This document shows, piece after piece, positions 51,866-63,629 of a stretch of DNA of 64,000 nt (position 1 is its first letter; each line of letters starts with the position of its first letter). Position numbers and translations under genes: made by a program. Source of the stretch: Bacillota bacterium (GTDB lineage: Bacteria > Bacillota > Clostridia > Tissierellales > MES13); the NCBI GenBank assembly GCA_009711785.1, contig VENA01000046.1, positions 2,934-66,933 of the forward strand, read 5' to 3'. The notes under the pieces were generated by a model. The model saw only the letters and a program-made list of their open reading frames with translations. It was not told the origin of the DNA and did no database searches.

Positions 51866-52462
51866 ATGGTGAAATGGTTAAAAATAATTGTACCTTTATG
51901 TGTTTTATTTGTAATAGTTGGATTTTTTTATGGTTTTTATAGAGGGAGTAATATTACAAGCGAAAAACCTGTGGATGACTATGAAGATAGTGCAGATAAC
52001 TATATCAAAGAAGAATTAAATGATAATATAAACTTAATGAATGATAAGGAAATTATAGGTCCTAATACTTTAATAGAGTATGTCATTTATTATAAGGAAT
52101 GTGGACATACAACAACTGAAATAGAAAAGGCTACTAAAGATATTATAAACCTAAGTAAAGAAGGGTACATTAAATATGTTAATAAAAAATACAAAGATTA
52201 TGAAATAGTGAAATTTAAACGGGATGAAGTAATATTAAAGATTACTAAAGATCATTTATGTCCAGAGCATTTTATAATTAGTATAAAAGATGGAAAAATT
52301 GCAGTATACGGTATAGATGATGAAGGGGAAGAGAAAATATTAAAAATTATAGACCAACCTATTGAATTATTAAAAAAGATAGACCAAGAAAAACTTAATA
52401 GAGGAATAAGAGTGGATAGTGAAGAAGAATTGAATTCAATACTACAAGATTTTTCAAGCTAA
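51866..52462 (+). CDS. BofC C-terminal domain protein
   Basis: N-terminal TM helix, CGH, and L..IDQEKL.RGI.V.SEEE...LQDF C-terminus; upstream of ruvA like bofC; sigma-F-like GTATA...GGACAAAATA upstream. Confidence 0.75.
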   Translation: MVKWLKIIVPLCVLFVIVGFFYGFYRGSNITSEKPVDDYEDSADNYIKEELNDNINLMNDKEIIGPNTLIEYVIYYKECGHTTTEIEKATKDIINLSKEGYIKYVNKKYKDYEIVKFKRDEVILKITKDHLCPEHFIISIKDGKIAVYGIDDEGEEKILKIIDQPIELLKKIDQEKLNRGIRVDSEEELNSILQDFSS

Positions 52463-52466
52463 AATT

Positions 52467-52497
52467 AGAGTGAGGTTATATATCCTCACTCTTTTTT
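52467..52497 (+). terminator. Terminator
   Basis: AGAGTGAGG-N8-CCTCACTCT followed by T-run. Confidence 0.75.
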
Positions 52498-52561
52498 GAG
52501 AGTTATGATACTACGTATTTAAGTCTTTTGTACTATAATAATTAAAAAATAGGTTTTTAAA

Positions 52562-52596
52562 AGGAATTATGTATAGAATTATCGAATATGTGTTTG
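52562..52596 (+). promoter_or_regulatory. Sigma-H-like promoter overlapping a LexA (SOS) box-like site before ruvA
   Basis: AGGA-N18-GAAT; CGAATATGTGTTTG differs from CGAACRNRYGTTYG at one core position. Confidence 0.5.
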
Positions 52597-52623
52597 TAAA
52601 GCTTTAGTTATGGAGGAGATAAA

Positions 52624-53211
52624 ATGTATAATTATATTAAGGGGAATATCGAAGAAATAGGAGATGAGTATATCGTAGTTGATAATAATGGTATAGGATA
52701 TAAAATAATGTCTTCAAAACATTCAATTGAAAGTATTAAAGATGCTACTGATAATAGAAAGATTTATACATATTTAAATGTTAGAGAAGATGATTTAAGT
52801 CTTTATGGTTTCTTAACTAAGGATGAATTATCAATTTTTAAATTATTGTTAACTGTATCTAAAATTGGACCAAAGGTAGCTTTAGCAATAGTATCTACTA
52901 TGGTTCCTAGTGATGTAAGATATGCAATTAATAATGAAGATATAAATCTCTTATCAACGGCACCAGGGGTAGGCAAAAAAACTGCTAAACGTATGATACT
53001 TGAATTAAAGGATAAAATTGAAGATAATACATTTACTGAAAATAATATTTTAAATAAGAATAAAGGACCAGATTATGATGAAGCTTTAAGTGCTCTTTTA
53101 GCACTAGGGTATACTAAAGTAGAAGCAAAAGAGATTTTTTCTAAGATTGATATGAAGAATTTACAAACTGAGGATATAATTAAAAAAGCATTAAAGGTTC
53201 TTGCAAAATAA
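52624..53211 (+). CDS. ruvA: Holliday junction branch migration protein RuvA
   Basis: [34 protein letters not shown]. Confidence 0.96.
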   Translation: MYNYIKGNIEEIGDEYIVVDNNGIGYKIMSSKHSIESIKDATDNRKIYTYLNVREDDLSLYGFLTKDELSIFKLLLTVSKIGPKVALAIVSTMVPSDVRYAINNEDINLLSTAPGVGKKTAKRMILELKDKIEDNTFTENNILNKNKGPDYDEALSALLALGYTKVEAKEIFSKIDMKNLQTEDIIKKALKVLAK

Positions 53212-53227
53212 GAAAAGGGGAGTATAT

Positions 53228-54226
53228 ATGGAGGAAATGGAAGATAGGCTAATAACAAGTGGTTTTAAAGAGGAAGATAATGATATTGAGGTTAATCTAA
53301 GACCTCAAAAATTAAATGACTATATTGGACAAGGTAAAGTAAAGAAAAAATTAAAAATTTTTATAGAAGCAGCTAAATCAAGAAATGAATCTTTAGATCA
53401 TGTATTACTTTATGGACCTCCTGGATTAGGAAAAACAACTTTAGCTAGTATTATTGCAAATGAAATGAATGTAAATATTAAGATAACTTCTGGACCTGCG
53501 ATAGATAGACCAGGAGACTTAGCGGCAATATTAACAAACTTAGGAGAAAACGATGTTTTATTTATTGATGAAATACATAGACTAAATAAAAATGTTGAAG
53601 AAATTCTTTATCCAGCAATGGAGGATTTTGCAATAGACATAGTGATAGGAAAGGGGCCAAATGCAAGGTCTATTAGATTAGATTTAAATAAATTTACATT
53701 AATAGGAGCGACTACAAGGGCAGGACTATTAACTTCTCCTTTGAGGGATAGATTTGGAGTTATTTGTAAACTTGATTATTATAATGAAAAGGATTTAAAG
53801 AAAATAGTTACTAGATCTGCTGAAATTTTAGATGTTGAAATAGATACTACAGGAGCTTCAGAAATTGCTAAAAGATCAAGGGGAACCCCAAGGATAGCTA
53901 ATAGAATTTTAAAAAGAGTAAGGGATTATGCTGAGGTAGTTGAGGATGGTCAAATAAATATGAATGTAGCAAATAAAGCTTTAGAACTTTTAGAGGTAGA
54001 TACACTAGGTTTAGATAATGTAGATAAAAACTTGTTACTAACTATAATTCAAAAGTTTAGTGGTGGTCCAGTTGGTTTAGATACCCTTGCAGCTTCTATA
54101 GGTGAGGAGAGAACAACTATAGAAGATGTATATGAGCCATATTTATTACAAATAGGTTTTATAAATAGAACTCCAAGGGGAAGAGTTGTTACGCAAAAGT
54201 GTCTAAAACATTTTAAATTATCTTAA
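53228..54226 (+). CDS. ruvB: Holliday junction ATPase RuvB
   Basis: [46 protein letters not shown]. Confidence 0.98.
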   Translation: MEEMEDRLITSGFKEEDNDIEVNLRPQKLNDYIGQGKVKKKLKIFIEAAKSRNESLDHVLLYGPPGLGKTTLASIIANEMNVNIKITSGPAIDRPGDLAAILTNLGENDVLFIDEIHRLNKNVEEILYPAMEDFAIDIVIGKGPNARSIRLDLNKFTLIGATTRAGLLTSPLRDRFGVICKLDYYNEKDLKKIVTRSAEILDVEIDTTGASEIAKRSRGTPRIANRILKRVRDYAEVVEDGQINMNVANKALELLEVDTLGLDNVDKNLLLTIIQKFSGGPVGLDTLAASIGEERTTIEDVYEPYLLQIGFINRTPRGRVVTQKCLKHFKLS

Positions 54227-54238
54227 AACGAGGTGTTT

Positions 54239-54454
54239 ATGCATACAATTGGGAAATTTTTAATATTTATTGGATTATTGATAGTATTTATAGGAGTTAT
54301 TATTTTGATTGGACAAAAAATAGGACTAGGTAAGATACCTGGAGATATTTTTTATAAGAAGGGGAATTTCACTTTCTTTTTTCCTTTAATGTCTTGTATA
54401 ATATTAAGTATTGTAATATCTATAATCTTAAATATTTTTAATAAGTTGAAATAA
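54239..54454 (+). CDS. DUF2905 (YrzS-like) small membrane protein
   Basis: GKIPGDI...GNF.F.FP...CI.LS motif; position after ruvB. Confidence 0.85.
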   Translation: MHTIGKFLIFIGLLIVFIGVIILIGQKIGLGKIPGDIFYKKGNFTFFFPLMSCIILSIVISIILNIFNKLK

Positions 54455-54483
54455 TTATTGATACTATTTAAAGGAGGAGTAAA

Positions 54484-56115
54484 ATGATTTCTAAGGTTAA
54501 AAACATAGTATTAGTAGTATGTATTATATTAATAGTAACCCTTACAACTAGAGCTTATGGTAATGAAAAAAAAGAGTCTGTGATGATTGGATTAGAATCT
54601 TTAAAGGATGAAGAAAATTGTTTTAGTTTATATAGCAATGAAGGTTATTCTTTAGGTTTCTATAATGATGATTTTAATGAAATTGCTGAATTAGATTCAA
54701 AGGAATTATTAGTAAGAATAGATGATTATTATGAAATTAATAGTAATAACTACGAACTATCAGATATAGAAGATTCCGAGTTAGGATATTTTCATTTAAA
54801 AATAGATGAAAAATATGATTCATATGAAGAATCTATGAAGATAATAGATGATTTAAAAGACGAGGATATTAAAGCATATCCAGTATATAAAAATGATTTT
54901 CAAATTTGGATAGGTCATTTTTTAACAAAGGAAGATGCTAATAACAGAAAAAAAGAAATAGAAGACATAACTAAAGTTGATTTAGAAGTAGCCTTGGATA
55001 AAGAAAATGTTGTGATAGAGAATAATTCAGGTGAAACGGTATTTCTATATGGTTCAAATGAAAAAATTTATATAAAATCAAACAATCAAGTTCCAGTAAT
55101 TCAAATTAATAATAAAGAGTTTAGAGATTTTTTAGCCTTTAATATAGTTAAGAGAAATTTAATACCTATTAATTTTTTACCACTTAATCATTACTTATAT
55201 GGAGTTGTACCAAGGGAAGTTTCAGCAAGTTGGCCAATGGAGGCACTGAAAGCCCAAGCTGTTGCAGCAAGAAATTATACATTAATTAATAAATCTAAAC
55301 ATAGTAAAAGTGGATATGGGCTCTGTGATACTCATGATTGTCAAGTGTATGGAGGTTATGATGTAGAAAATGAAAAAAGTAATAAAGCTGTTGATGATAC
55401 TTCTAATAAAGTAATTACTTATAACGGAAATTTGATTTCTGCTTTTTACCATTCTACTAGTGGTGGACATACTGAAAATAGTGAAAACATTTGGAGTTTT
55501 GAAGTTCCTTATTTAAAAGGAGTAGATGATAAGTTTTCAAAGGATTCACCTAACTCAAAATGGGAATTATCTATTGATAAAGAAAAACTAGAAAAAAAAT
55601 TAATAGAAAATGATATAGAACTAGGAGATATAATTGAAATTAGGATACTAGAAGTTTCAGACAATGACAGAGTATTAAAATTATTAGTAATAGGAACAGA
55701 AGGAAATAAAGTATTTGAAAAAGAGGCTATAAGAAAAATTATTGGTTATTATGAATTAAAAAGTACATGGTATAATGTAGAAACTGATGCAGATGTTTAT
55801 GTAATAGATGGAAATGGAGACAAACCTATAAAAAAGACAATAAATAATACAAAAATTATTACAGCTGATGGATTAAATACTGTAAGTAGAGATTCAGATA
55901 GAAGAGTAGAAAATGAAATTAATAAAAAATTTAGTATCACAGATGGAGAAATTGAAAAAAAAGTTTCTGCTATACCTACAACATATTATTTTAGCGGTAA
56001 AGGTTGGGGTCATGGTCTTGGTATGAGTCAATGGGGAGCAAAAAAAATGGCAGAATTAGGATATAGTTTTGATGAGATATTAGAATATTATTATACAGGC
56101 ACAAAAGTAGAGTAA
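54484..56115 (+). CDS. SpoIID/LytB domain protein with probable SPOR-like N-terminal region
   Basis: Signal peptide; [45 protein letters not shown]. Confidence 0.88.
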   Translation: MISKVKNIVLVVCIILIVTLTTRAYGNEKKESVMIGLESLKDEENCFSLYSNEGYSLGFYNDDFNEIAELDSKELLVRIDDYYEINSNNYELSDIEDSELGYFHLKIDEKYDSYEESMKIIDDLKDEDIKAYPVYKNDFQIWIGHFLTKEDANNRKKEIEDITKVDLEVALDKENVVIENNSGETVFLYGSNEKIYIKSNNQVPVIQINNKEFRDFLAFNIVKRNLIPINFLPLNHYLYGVVPREVSASWPMEALKAQAVAARNYTLINKSKHSKSGYGLCDTHDCQVYGGYDVENEKSNKAVDDTSNKVITYNGNLISAFYHSTSGGHTENSENIWSFEVPYLKGVDDKFSKDSPNSKWELSIDKEKLEKKLIENDIELGDIIEIRILEVSDNDRVLKLLVIGTEGNKVFEKEAIRKIIGYYELKSTWYNVETDADVYVIDGNGDKPIKKTINNTKIITADGLNTVSRDSDRRVENEINKKFSITDGEIEKKVSAIPTTYYFSGKGWGHGLGMSQWGAKKMAELGYSFDEILEYYYTGTKVE

Positions 56116-56126
56116 AGGATGATTAT

Positions 56127-57152
56127 ATGAAAAAAACAGATTTTTATTTTGATTTACCAGAAAACCTTATAGCACAACATCCATTGAAAAATAGAGAAGA
56201 ATCAAACTTAATGGTATTAGATAAAAATTCAGGGTCATTAGAACATAAAAAATTTAAAGATATTATTGACTATCTAAAAAAAGGAGATTGTCTTGTTTTA
56301 AATAATACAAGAGTATTACCTGCTAGATTATATGGGGCAAGGGAAAGTACGGGAGGTAAAGTTGAATTTCTACTACTAAACAATATAGAAAAAAACAGAT
56401 GGGAGACTTTAGTTAAACCTGGGAAAAAAGCGAGATTAGGTGATATTATCGATTTTGGAGATGGTTTATTAAGAGCTAAAGTTTTGGATATTACACAATC
56501 AGGATCAAGAATTGTAGAATTTGATTATGAGGGGATATTTCAAGAGATATTAGACAAATTAGGAGAGATGCCACTACCACCATATATAAAAGAAAAATTA
56601 GATGATAAAGAAAGATATCAAACTGTATATTCAAAAAAAGAAGGATCAGCAGCTGCACCTACAGCGGGATTACATTTTACGGATGATTTACTAAATAGAA
56701 TTAAAAATAAGGGTGTAAAGATAGCTTATATTACACTCCATGTTGGATTAGGTACATTTAGACCGGTAAAGGAAGATAATATAGAAGAACATGATATGCA
56801 TTCTGAATATTATGAGGTAACAAAAGAAGCAGCAGAGATAATAAATCAAACAAAAAGTAATGGAGGTAAGATTTACTCTGTAGGAACAACTAGTACTAGA
56901 ACATTAGAATCTATAGCAACTGAGTCAGGTGAAATTCATCCTAAGTCAGGATGGACTGATATTTTTATTTATCCTGGTTATAATTTTAAAGTGATAGATA
57001 GATTAATAACTAATTTTCATTTACCTGAGTCAACCTTAATTATGCTTGTTAGTGCCTTAGCTGGAAGAGAAAATGTACTTAATGCTTATAATAAGGCTAT
57101 AGAAAATAAATATAGATTTTTTAGTTTTGGAGATGCTATGTTAATTAAATAA
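56127..57152 (+). CDS. queA: S-adenosylmethionine:tRNA ribosyltransferase-isomerase
   Basis: [50 protein letters not shown]. Confidence 0.98.
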   Translation: MKKTDFYFDLPENLIAQHPLKNREESNLMVLDKNSGSLEHKKFKDIIDYLKKGDCLVLNNTRVLPARLYGARESTGGKVEFLLLNNIEKNRWETLVKPGKKARLGDIIDFGDGLLRAKVLDITQSGSRIVEFDYEGIFQEILDKLGEMPLPPYIKEKLDDKERYQTVYSKKEGSAAAPTAGLHFTDDLLNRIKNKGVKIAYITLHVGLGTFRPVKEDNIEEHDMHSEYYEVTKEAAEIINQTKSNGGKIYSVGTTSTRTLESIATESGEIHPKSGWTDIFIYPGYNFKVIDRLITNFHLPESTLIMLVSALAGRENVLNAYNKAIENKYRFFSFGDAMLIK

Positions 57153-57178
57153 ACAAAAGATAGGTTAGGAGGCTTTAA

Positions 57179-58294
<1,116 letters not shown>

Positions 58295-58308
58295 TTTATC
58301 TTATAAAA

Positions 58309-58333
58309 AGGATTTATTAAATGTTTGTTGAAT
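58309..58333 (+). promoter_or_regulatory. Sigma-H-like promoter before yajC
   Basis: AGGA-N17-GAAT. Confidence 0.45.
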
Positions 58334-58360
58334 ATAATTATCTAGAAGGGAGGGACTATT

Positions 58361-58639
58361 TTGGATATTAAACCTTTTATATTACCAGTTGCATTTTTAG
58401 TTATATTTTATTTCTTACTTATTAGACCTCAACAAAAGAAAGATAAAAAAATTAAAGAAATGAGGAAGAATCTTAAAGTAGGAGATAAGATAACAACTAT
58501 CGGTGGAATAATTGGAACTATCAAAAAGATTAATGATGAACAAGTAGTAATTGAAGTTGGTTCAGATAAGACTCGTTTTGCCATTACAAAATGGGCTGTA
58601 GGTAATTTAGTAGAAGACAAAGAAGAAAAAGATAAATAA
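58361..58639 (+). CDS. yajC: Preprotein translocase subunit YajC
   Basis: FYFLLIRPQQK, L.VGDK.TTIGGI.G. Confidence 0.96.
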   Translation: MDIKPFILPVAFLVIFYFLLIRPQQKKDKKIKEMRKNLKVGDKITTIGGIIGTIKKINDEQVVIEVGSDKTRFAITKWAVGNLVEDKEEKDK

Positions 58640-58642
58640 ATG

Positions 58643-58675
58643 AAAAACTTCCTTATTCAATAAGGAAGTTTTTTT
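58643..58675 (+). terminator. Terminator after yajC
   Basis: AAAAACTTCCTTATT-C-AATAAGGAAGTTTTT. Confidence 0.8.
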
Positions 58676-58750
58676 ATGTAATAATACATCTTCAGTAATA
58701 AAAGAAAACTCCTTGCATAAATATTGAATATAAAACTAGGGGGTGGAAGT

Positions 58751-59137
58751 ATGAATACTAATACAAAAGGACAAGATAGATTTAGTTTAAAGGTTCTAAA
58801 AAGTATAGGGTTTAGTTATATATTTACTATTATATTTTTTATAATATTTGCCTTAATTCTAACATATACCTCAATACCAGATAAATACTTACCTATAATG
58901 AATTCAATAACTATGATTTTATCTATAGCTTTAGGATCGATTTATATGGGAATTAAAGCTGATAATAAAGGTTGGCTTAATGGAGCACTGGTAGGCATTC
59001 TTTATATGATAATATTAACTATTATAAGTTTAATTATGATTAAATCCTTCAATTTAGATTTATACCTGATGCTTAAATATTTAATTAGTATAATAACAGG
59101 AGCAATAGGAGGTATGATAGGTGTAAACCTTAAATAA
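58751..59137 (+). CDS. TIGR04086/DUF3792 family membrane protein (YrzE-like)
   Basis: KGWLNG..VG..Y and GAIGGMIGVN; yajC-TIGR04086-scfA synteny; sigma-E-like promoter upstream. Confidence 0.85.
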   Translation: MNTNTKGQDRFSLKVLKSIGFSYIFTIIFFIIFALILTYTSIPDKYLPIMNSITMILSIALGSIYMGIKADNKGWLNGALVGILYMIILTIISLIMIKSFNLDLYLMLKYLISIITGAIGGMIGVNLK

Positions 59138-59201
59138 CACTTTATATACCAAAGCCTTTATGTTATAATCAAATAGTACATAATGACTGAGGAGGTATAA
59201 T

Positions 59202-59345
59202 ATGAAGCACATTAAGACTATAAGTGGAAAAAATCTTAAAAATACAGTAACTGATGGAGGGTGCGGCGAATGCCAAACTTCGTGCCAATCAGCATGTAAA
59301 ACTTCATGTACGGTAGGAAACCAAAGTTGTGAAAAGAATAATTAG
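59202..59345 (+). CDS. scfA: SCIFF (six-cysteine) ranthipeptide precursor (47 aa; absent from ORF track)
   Basis: MKHIKTISGKNLKNTVTDGGCGECQTSCQSACKTSCTVGNQSCEKNN; GGAGG SD; next to a radical SAM maturase. Confidence 0.97.
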   Translation: MKHIKTISGKNLKNTVTDGGCGECQTSCQSACKTSCTVGNQSCEKNN

Positions 59346-59352
59346 AATTACT

Positions 59353-59380
59353 AAAAAGTAGTGGTTGTCCACTACTTTTT
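59353..59380 (+). terminator. Stem-loop between scfA and scfB
   Basis: AAAAAGTAGTGG-TTGT-CCACTACTTTTT. Confidence 0.75.
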
Positions 59381-59411
59381 ACTTTGAAATCAATCACAGG
59401 AGGATATAATT

Positions 59412-60761
59412 ATGAATAGAATACACATGTTTGAACTAAATGAAAGAAAGATTGTATTAGACATAAATAGTGGGTCAGTACATGTAGTAGATGAGCTAAC
59501 TTGGGATATAATAAAGGAATATTTACATAATTCTTTAAATGATATTATTGATAAATATAAAAGTAAGTATAATGAAGACAGTATAAAAGAGGCATATAAA
59601 GAAATTAAATTTTTGGTAGATAAAGATTTACTATTTTCAGAAGATATATATGAAAAATATGTGGATATAAACAAACAGAATATAGTAAAAGCCCTTTGTT
59701 TACATGTAGCCCATGATTGCAATTTAAAATGTAAGTATTGTTTTGCTTCCCAGGGAGATTATAAGGGGAGTAAAGAAATAATGTCTTTAGATGTTGGGAA
59801 AAAATCACTAGATTTTTTAGTAGAAAACTCAGGTAATAGAAGAAATTTAGAAGTGGATTTCTTTGGTGGAGAACCATTAATGAATTTTGAAGTAGTAAAA
59901 GAGTTGGTTAATTATGGAAGGGAACTAGAAAAAGAATATAATAAAAACTTTAGGTTTACAATAACAACTAATGGAGTTTTATTAGATGATGATAAGATCG
60001 ACTATATTAATAAAGAAATGCAAAATGTTGTATTAAGTTTAGATGGAAGAAAAGAAATAAATGATAATATGAGGTTAACTGATAATAATAAAGGAAGCTA
60101 TGATTTAATTGTGCCTAAATATAGAAATTTATTGAAAAAAAGAAAAGATAAAGATTACTTTATTAGAGGGACATTTACAAATAAAAATTTAGATTTTTCC
60201 AAAGATGTACTACATTATAAAGAATTAGGGTTTAATGTAACTTCCATGGAACCAGTAGTAACAGACCCTAAGGAAGATTACGCTATTAGAGAAGAACATT
60301 TAGATACAATACTTAAAGAATATGAAAAACTTTCAAAAGAATATATTAAAATTAATAAATCGGGAGAAAATTTTTCCTTTTATCACTTCGTAATTGATCT
60401 AAATCAAGGATCATGTGCAATTAGACGTGTTGCAGGCTGTGGAGCAGGGTCATATTATTTAGCTGTAACTCCTAATGGTGAATTATATCCCTGTCATCAG
60501 TTTGTAGATAATGAAGAATTAAAACTAGGTGATGTTGAAAAAGGAATTACAAATAATAAATTGAGAGAAGAATTTAAAAATATTAGTATTTACAATAAGG
60601 AAGACTGTCCTGATTGCTGGGCAAGATTTTATTGTAGTGGAGGTTGCCATGCTAATGCATATAATGCAAATGGTGACTTTAGAAAACCTGATAAATTATC
60701 CTGTGAAATGGAAAAGAAGAGATTAGAATGTGCTATATCTATTGCTGCTAATTTAGATTAG
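59412..60761 (+). CDS. scfB: SCIFF radical SAM/SPASM thioether maturase
   Basis: KALCLHVAHDCNLKCKYC, EVDFFGGEPL; SPASM cysteines GCGAG, YPCHQF, CPDCWARFYCSGGCHANA. Confidence 0.95.
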   Translation: MNRIHMFELNERKIVLDINSGSVHVVDELTWDIIKEYLHNSLNDIIDKYKSKYNEDSIKEAYKEIKFLVDKDLLFSEDIYEKYVDINKQNIVKALCLHVAHDCNLKCKYCFASQGDYKGSKEIMSLDVGKKSLDFLVENSGNRRNLEVDFFGGEPLMNFEVVKELVNYGRELEKEYNKNFRFTITTNGVLLDDDKIDYINKEMQNVVLSLDGRKEINDNMRLTDNNKGSYDLIVPKYRNLLKKRKDKDYFIRGTFTNKNLDFSKDVLHYKELGFNVTSMEPVVTDPKEDYAIREEHLDTILKEYEKLSKEYIKINKSGENFSFYHFVIDLNQGSCAIRRVAGCGAGSYYLAVTPNGELYPCHQFVDNEELKLGDVEKGITNNKLREEFKNISIYNKEDCPDCWARFYCSGGCHANAYNANGDFRKPDKLSCEMEKKRLECAISIAANLD

Positions 60762-60772
60762 GAGGAAATAAT

Positions 60773-61282
60773 TTGATTTTAGAATATGAAAATAAGAAAC
60801 CTAGCATTCATAATAAAACCTTTGTAGCTAAGAGTGCTGATTTAATTGGCGATGTTACTTTAAAAGAAAATTCAAGCATATGGTTTAACTGCGTTTTAAG
60901 GGCTGATAAAAATAGTATATTTGTAGGGAAATGTTCTAATATTCAAGATGGAAGTGTAGTTCATATAAGTAAAGAACATAGCACTATAATAGGAAATTAT
61001 GTGACTATTGGACATAATGTAACTGTGCATGCTTGTAAAATAGCAGATAATGTATTAGTAGGAATGGGTTCTATCATCTTAGATGGTGTAGAAATTGAAG
61101 AAAATGTTTTAATTGGTGCTGGAAGTGTTGTTACACCAGGGAAAAAGATTCCTTCAGGATCTTTAGTTTTAGGATCGCCAGCAAGAGTAGTTAGGAAACT
61201 AACAGATGAAGAAATCTATAACATTAAACAATCAGCTTACAATTATAAAGAATATGTAATAAAATACAGTAAAAAATACTAA
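60773..61282 (+). CDS. Gamma-carbonic anhydrase-like (PaaY/YrdA) hexapeptide protein
   Basis: IGDV, SIWF..VLRAD, NIQDG.VVH, IGH.V.VHAC, GSPARVVR. Confidence 0.92.
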   Translation: MILEYENKKPSIHNKTFVAKSADLIGDVTLKENSSIWFNCVLRADKNSIFVGKCSNIQDGSVVHISKEHSTIIGNYVTIGHNVTVHACKIADNVLVGMGSIILDGVEIEENVLIGAGSVVTPGKKIPSGSLVLGSPARVVRKLTDEEIYNIKQSAYNYKEYVIKYSKKY

Positions 61283-61350
61283 ATTTTTACTTTATTGAAT
61301 TAAGTTTTACTGATATAATAATATTTATGATGAAATAAAGGAGGAGGACA

Positions 61351-62619
61351 ATGAATAAAAAAAATCTAATAATTTTTCTAGTAATTGTTGCTTTAGTAGC
61401 AATGGCAGCATATTCAGCCGTTTTTGGTATGGATATAGGAAGTTATAGAGTAACAACTGCAAAAGAGGAAATTAATCTTGGATTAGAATTAAAAGGTGGA
61501 GTTGTTGTTGTGCTAGAAGCACAAACAGATGCAAAAGGACAAGAATTAGAAAAAAAGATGAGGGAAGCAAAATCAATAATTAACCAAAGAGTAAATGGAT
61601 TAGGTGTTACTGAACCAACTATTGTTATCGAAGGAGATAACAGAATTAGAGTAGAATTACCAGGAGTTAAAAACACTAAAGAAGCTATAGAAATGATAGG
61701 AAAAACAGCAGAGCTTAAATTTGTTGATCCTAATGGTAATGTTGTTGTTACTGGTAAGAATGTTAAAAAGTCAGAACCAGCTTATCAACCAAATCAAGTT
61801 ACAGGTAAACAAGAACCTGTTGTATCTTTAGAATTTGATAGTGAGGGCGCTGATAAATTTGAAACAACAACTAGAAAACTATCGAAAAAAGCAAATGATA
61901 TGGAAAAAATTATCGCTATTTATCTTGATGGAAAAGTAATTTCAAGTCCAGTTGTTAATGATACAATAACTAATGGTAAAGCCGTTATAAGCGGAGGTTT
62001 TGACATAGAAGGTGCTACTAACTTGGCAACTTTAATTCAAGCAGGTGCATTACCTGTAGAAATGAAAGAAGTACAAGTTTCAGTTATAGGACCAACACTT
62101 GGATTAAAATCACTAGATAAAAGTATCTATGCTGCGATGATAGGTTTATTATTAATCTTTGCATTTATGCTTATATTTTATAAATTACCTGGATTAGTTG
62201 CAAATATTAGTTTAACAATCTATATATTATTAATAATGTTTACAATGATTAATTTAAATGCTACTTTAACATTACCAGGTATAGCAGGATTAATCCTTTC
62301 AATAGGAATGGCAGTTGATGCAAACATTGTTATATTTGAAAGAATAAAAGAAGAAATAAGAACTGGAAAAACTGTAAGATCAGCAGTGGATGCAGGTTTT
62401 AAAAAGGCGTTATCAACGGTTTTAGATGCTAATATTACAACTCTTATAGCAGGTATAGTATTGTTTAATTTTGGTACAGGCCCGATTAAGGGATTTGCAG
62501 TTACATTGATAATAGGTTTGATAGCATCTTTAATAAGTGCGGTGTTCATTACAAAGTTCCTTTTAAAATTAATTATAAAAACAAATATAACAAATAATAT
62601 AAAAATGTACGGAGCATAA
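61351..62619 (+). CDS. secD: Protein translocase subunit SecD
   Basis: LGLELKGG, RI.VELPG, GALP, GPTLG, LTLPGIAG, GMAVDAN...FERIKEE. Confidence 0.97.
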   Translation: MNKKNLIIFLVIVALVAMAAYSAVFGMDIGSYRVTTAKEEINLGLELKGGVVVVLEAQTDAKGQELEKKMREAKSIINQRVNGLGVTEPTIVIEGDNRIRVELPGVKNTKEAIEMIGKTAELKFVDPNGNVVVTGKNVKKSEPAYQPNQVTGKQEPVVSLEFDSEGADKFETTTRKLSKKANDMEKIIAIYLDGKVISSPVVNDTITNGKAVISGGFDIEGATNLATLIQAGALPVEMKEVQVSVIGPTLGLKSLDKSIYAAMIGLLLIFAFMLIFYKLPGLVANISLTIYILLIMFTMINLNATLTLPGIAGLILSIGMAVDANIVIFERIKEEIRTGKTVRSAVDAGFKKALSTVLDANITTLIAGIVLFNFGTGPIKGFAVTLIIGLIASLISAVFITKFLLKLIIKTNITNNIKMYGA

Positions 62620-62633
62620 GGAGGGAAGTAAGA

Positions 62634-63521
62634 ATGGATATAATAAAAAGAAAAAATACGTTTTTCATTGTATCTTTAGCTATTATTCTGCTAGGTATAA
62701 TTTTTATGATAACATCAAGTCTAAATTTTGGTATAGACTTTACTGGAGGAACCTTACTTCAAATAAATTTAGATAAAAAAATACCTGTAAGTGAGGTTAG
62801 AGAGATTACGGATTCTATAGATAAAGATGCAGATATTATTCATGCTGGAGATGAAAAACATGAAATTATAATTAAAACAGCTGTTAATATGAATCATGAA
62901 GATAGGATGGACCTTTTTTCTAAATTTAAAGCTAAATATAATTTAAAAGATGATGCATTAGTTTCACAAAAGAAATTTGGACCTGCAATCGGAGAAGAAA
63001 TTAGAAATAAAGCGCTAATAGCAATTATAATAGCAACTTTAGGTATGTTATTATATATAACTTTTAGATTTGAATTAAACTTTGGAGTTTCTGCTGTAGT
63101 AGCATTAATACATGATATACTAATAGCTTTAGCAGTGTATGCAATATTTAGATTACCTGTAAATAGTTCTTTTGTTGCAGCTATGCTTACTATAGTAGGT
63201 TATTCTATAAATGATACAATAGTTGTTTTTGATAGGATAAGGGAAAATCTTAAGAAGATGAGAAAAGATAAGTATGAAGATATTATAAATAAAAGTATTT
63301 CACAGACCATAGTAAGATCGTTAAATACATCCTTTACAACTTTATTAGCAATTACTTGTTTGTATGTATTTGGAGTGGAAGCTATTAAAGATTTCGCTTT
63401 ACCATTAATTGTAGGTGTATTAGTTGGTACTTATTCTTCAATATTTATTGCCAGTCCGGTTTGGTATTTATTAAGAAAAAGAGTATCTACAAGAAATAAT
63501 TATAATCCAAATAAAGTATAA
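62634..63521 (+). CDS. secF: Protein translocase subunit SecF
   Basis: GIDFTGGT, YITFRFE, HD, GYSINDTIVVFDRIRE, GTYSSIFIA. Confidence 0.97.
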   Translation: MDIIKRKNTFFIVSLAIILLGIIFMITSSLNFGIDFTGGTLLQINLDKKIPVSEVREITDSIDKDADIIHAGDEKHEIIIKTAVNMNHEDRMDLFSKFKAKYNLKDDALVSQKKFGPAIGEEIRNKALIAIIIATLGMLLYITFRFELNFGVSAVVALIHDILIALAVYAIFRLPVNSSFVAAMLTIVGYSINDTIVVFDRIRENLKKMRKDKYEDIINKSISQTIVRSLNTSFTTLLAITCLYVFGVEAIKDFALPLIVGVLVGTYSSIFIASPVWYLLRKRVSTRNNYNPNKV

Positions 63522-63548
63522 TAACTGCCATATGGCAGTTATTTTTTT
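63520..63548 (+). terminator. Palindromic terminator after secF
   Basis: AATAACTGCCAT|ATGGCAGTTATT followed by T-run. Confidence 0.75.
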
Positions 63549-63629
63549 GTAAAATTGGACTTAATACGAAAAATATAATAAACTTATGGTAACAATAGGG
63601 ATGATTACACTTTTTTAAGGGGTGTTTAT

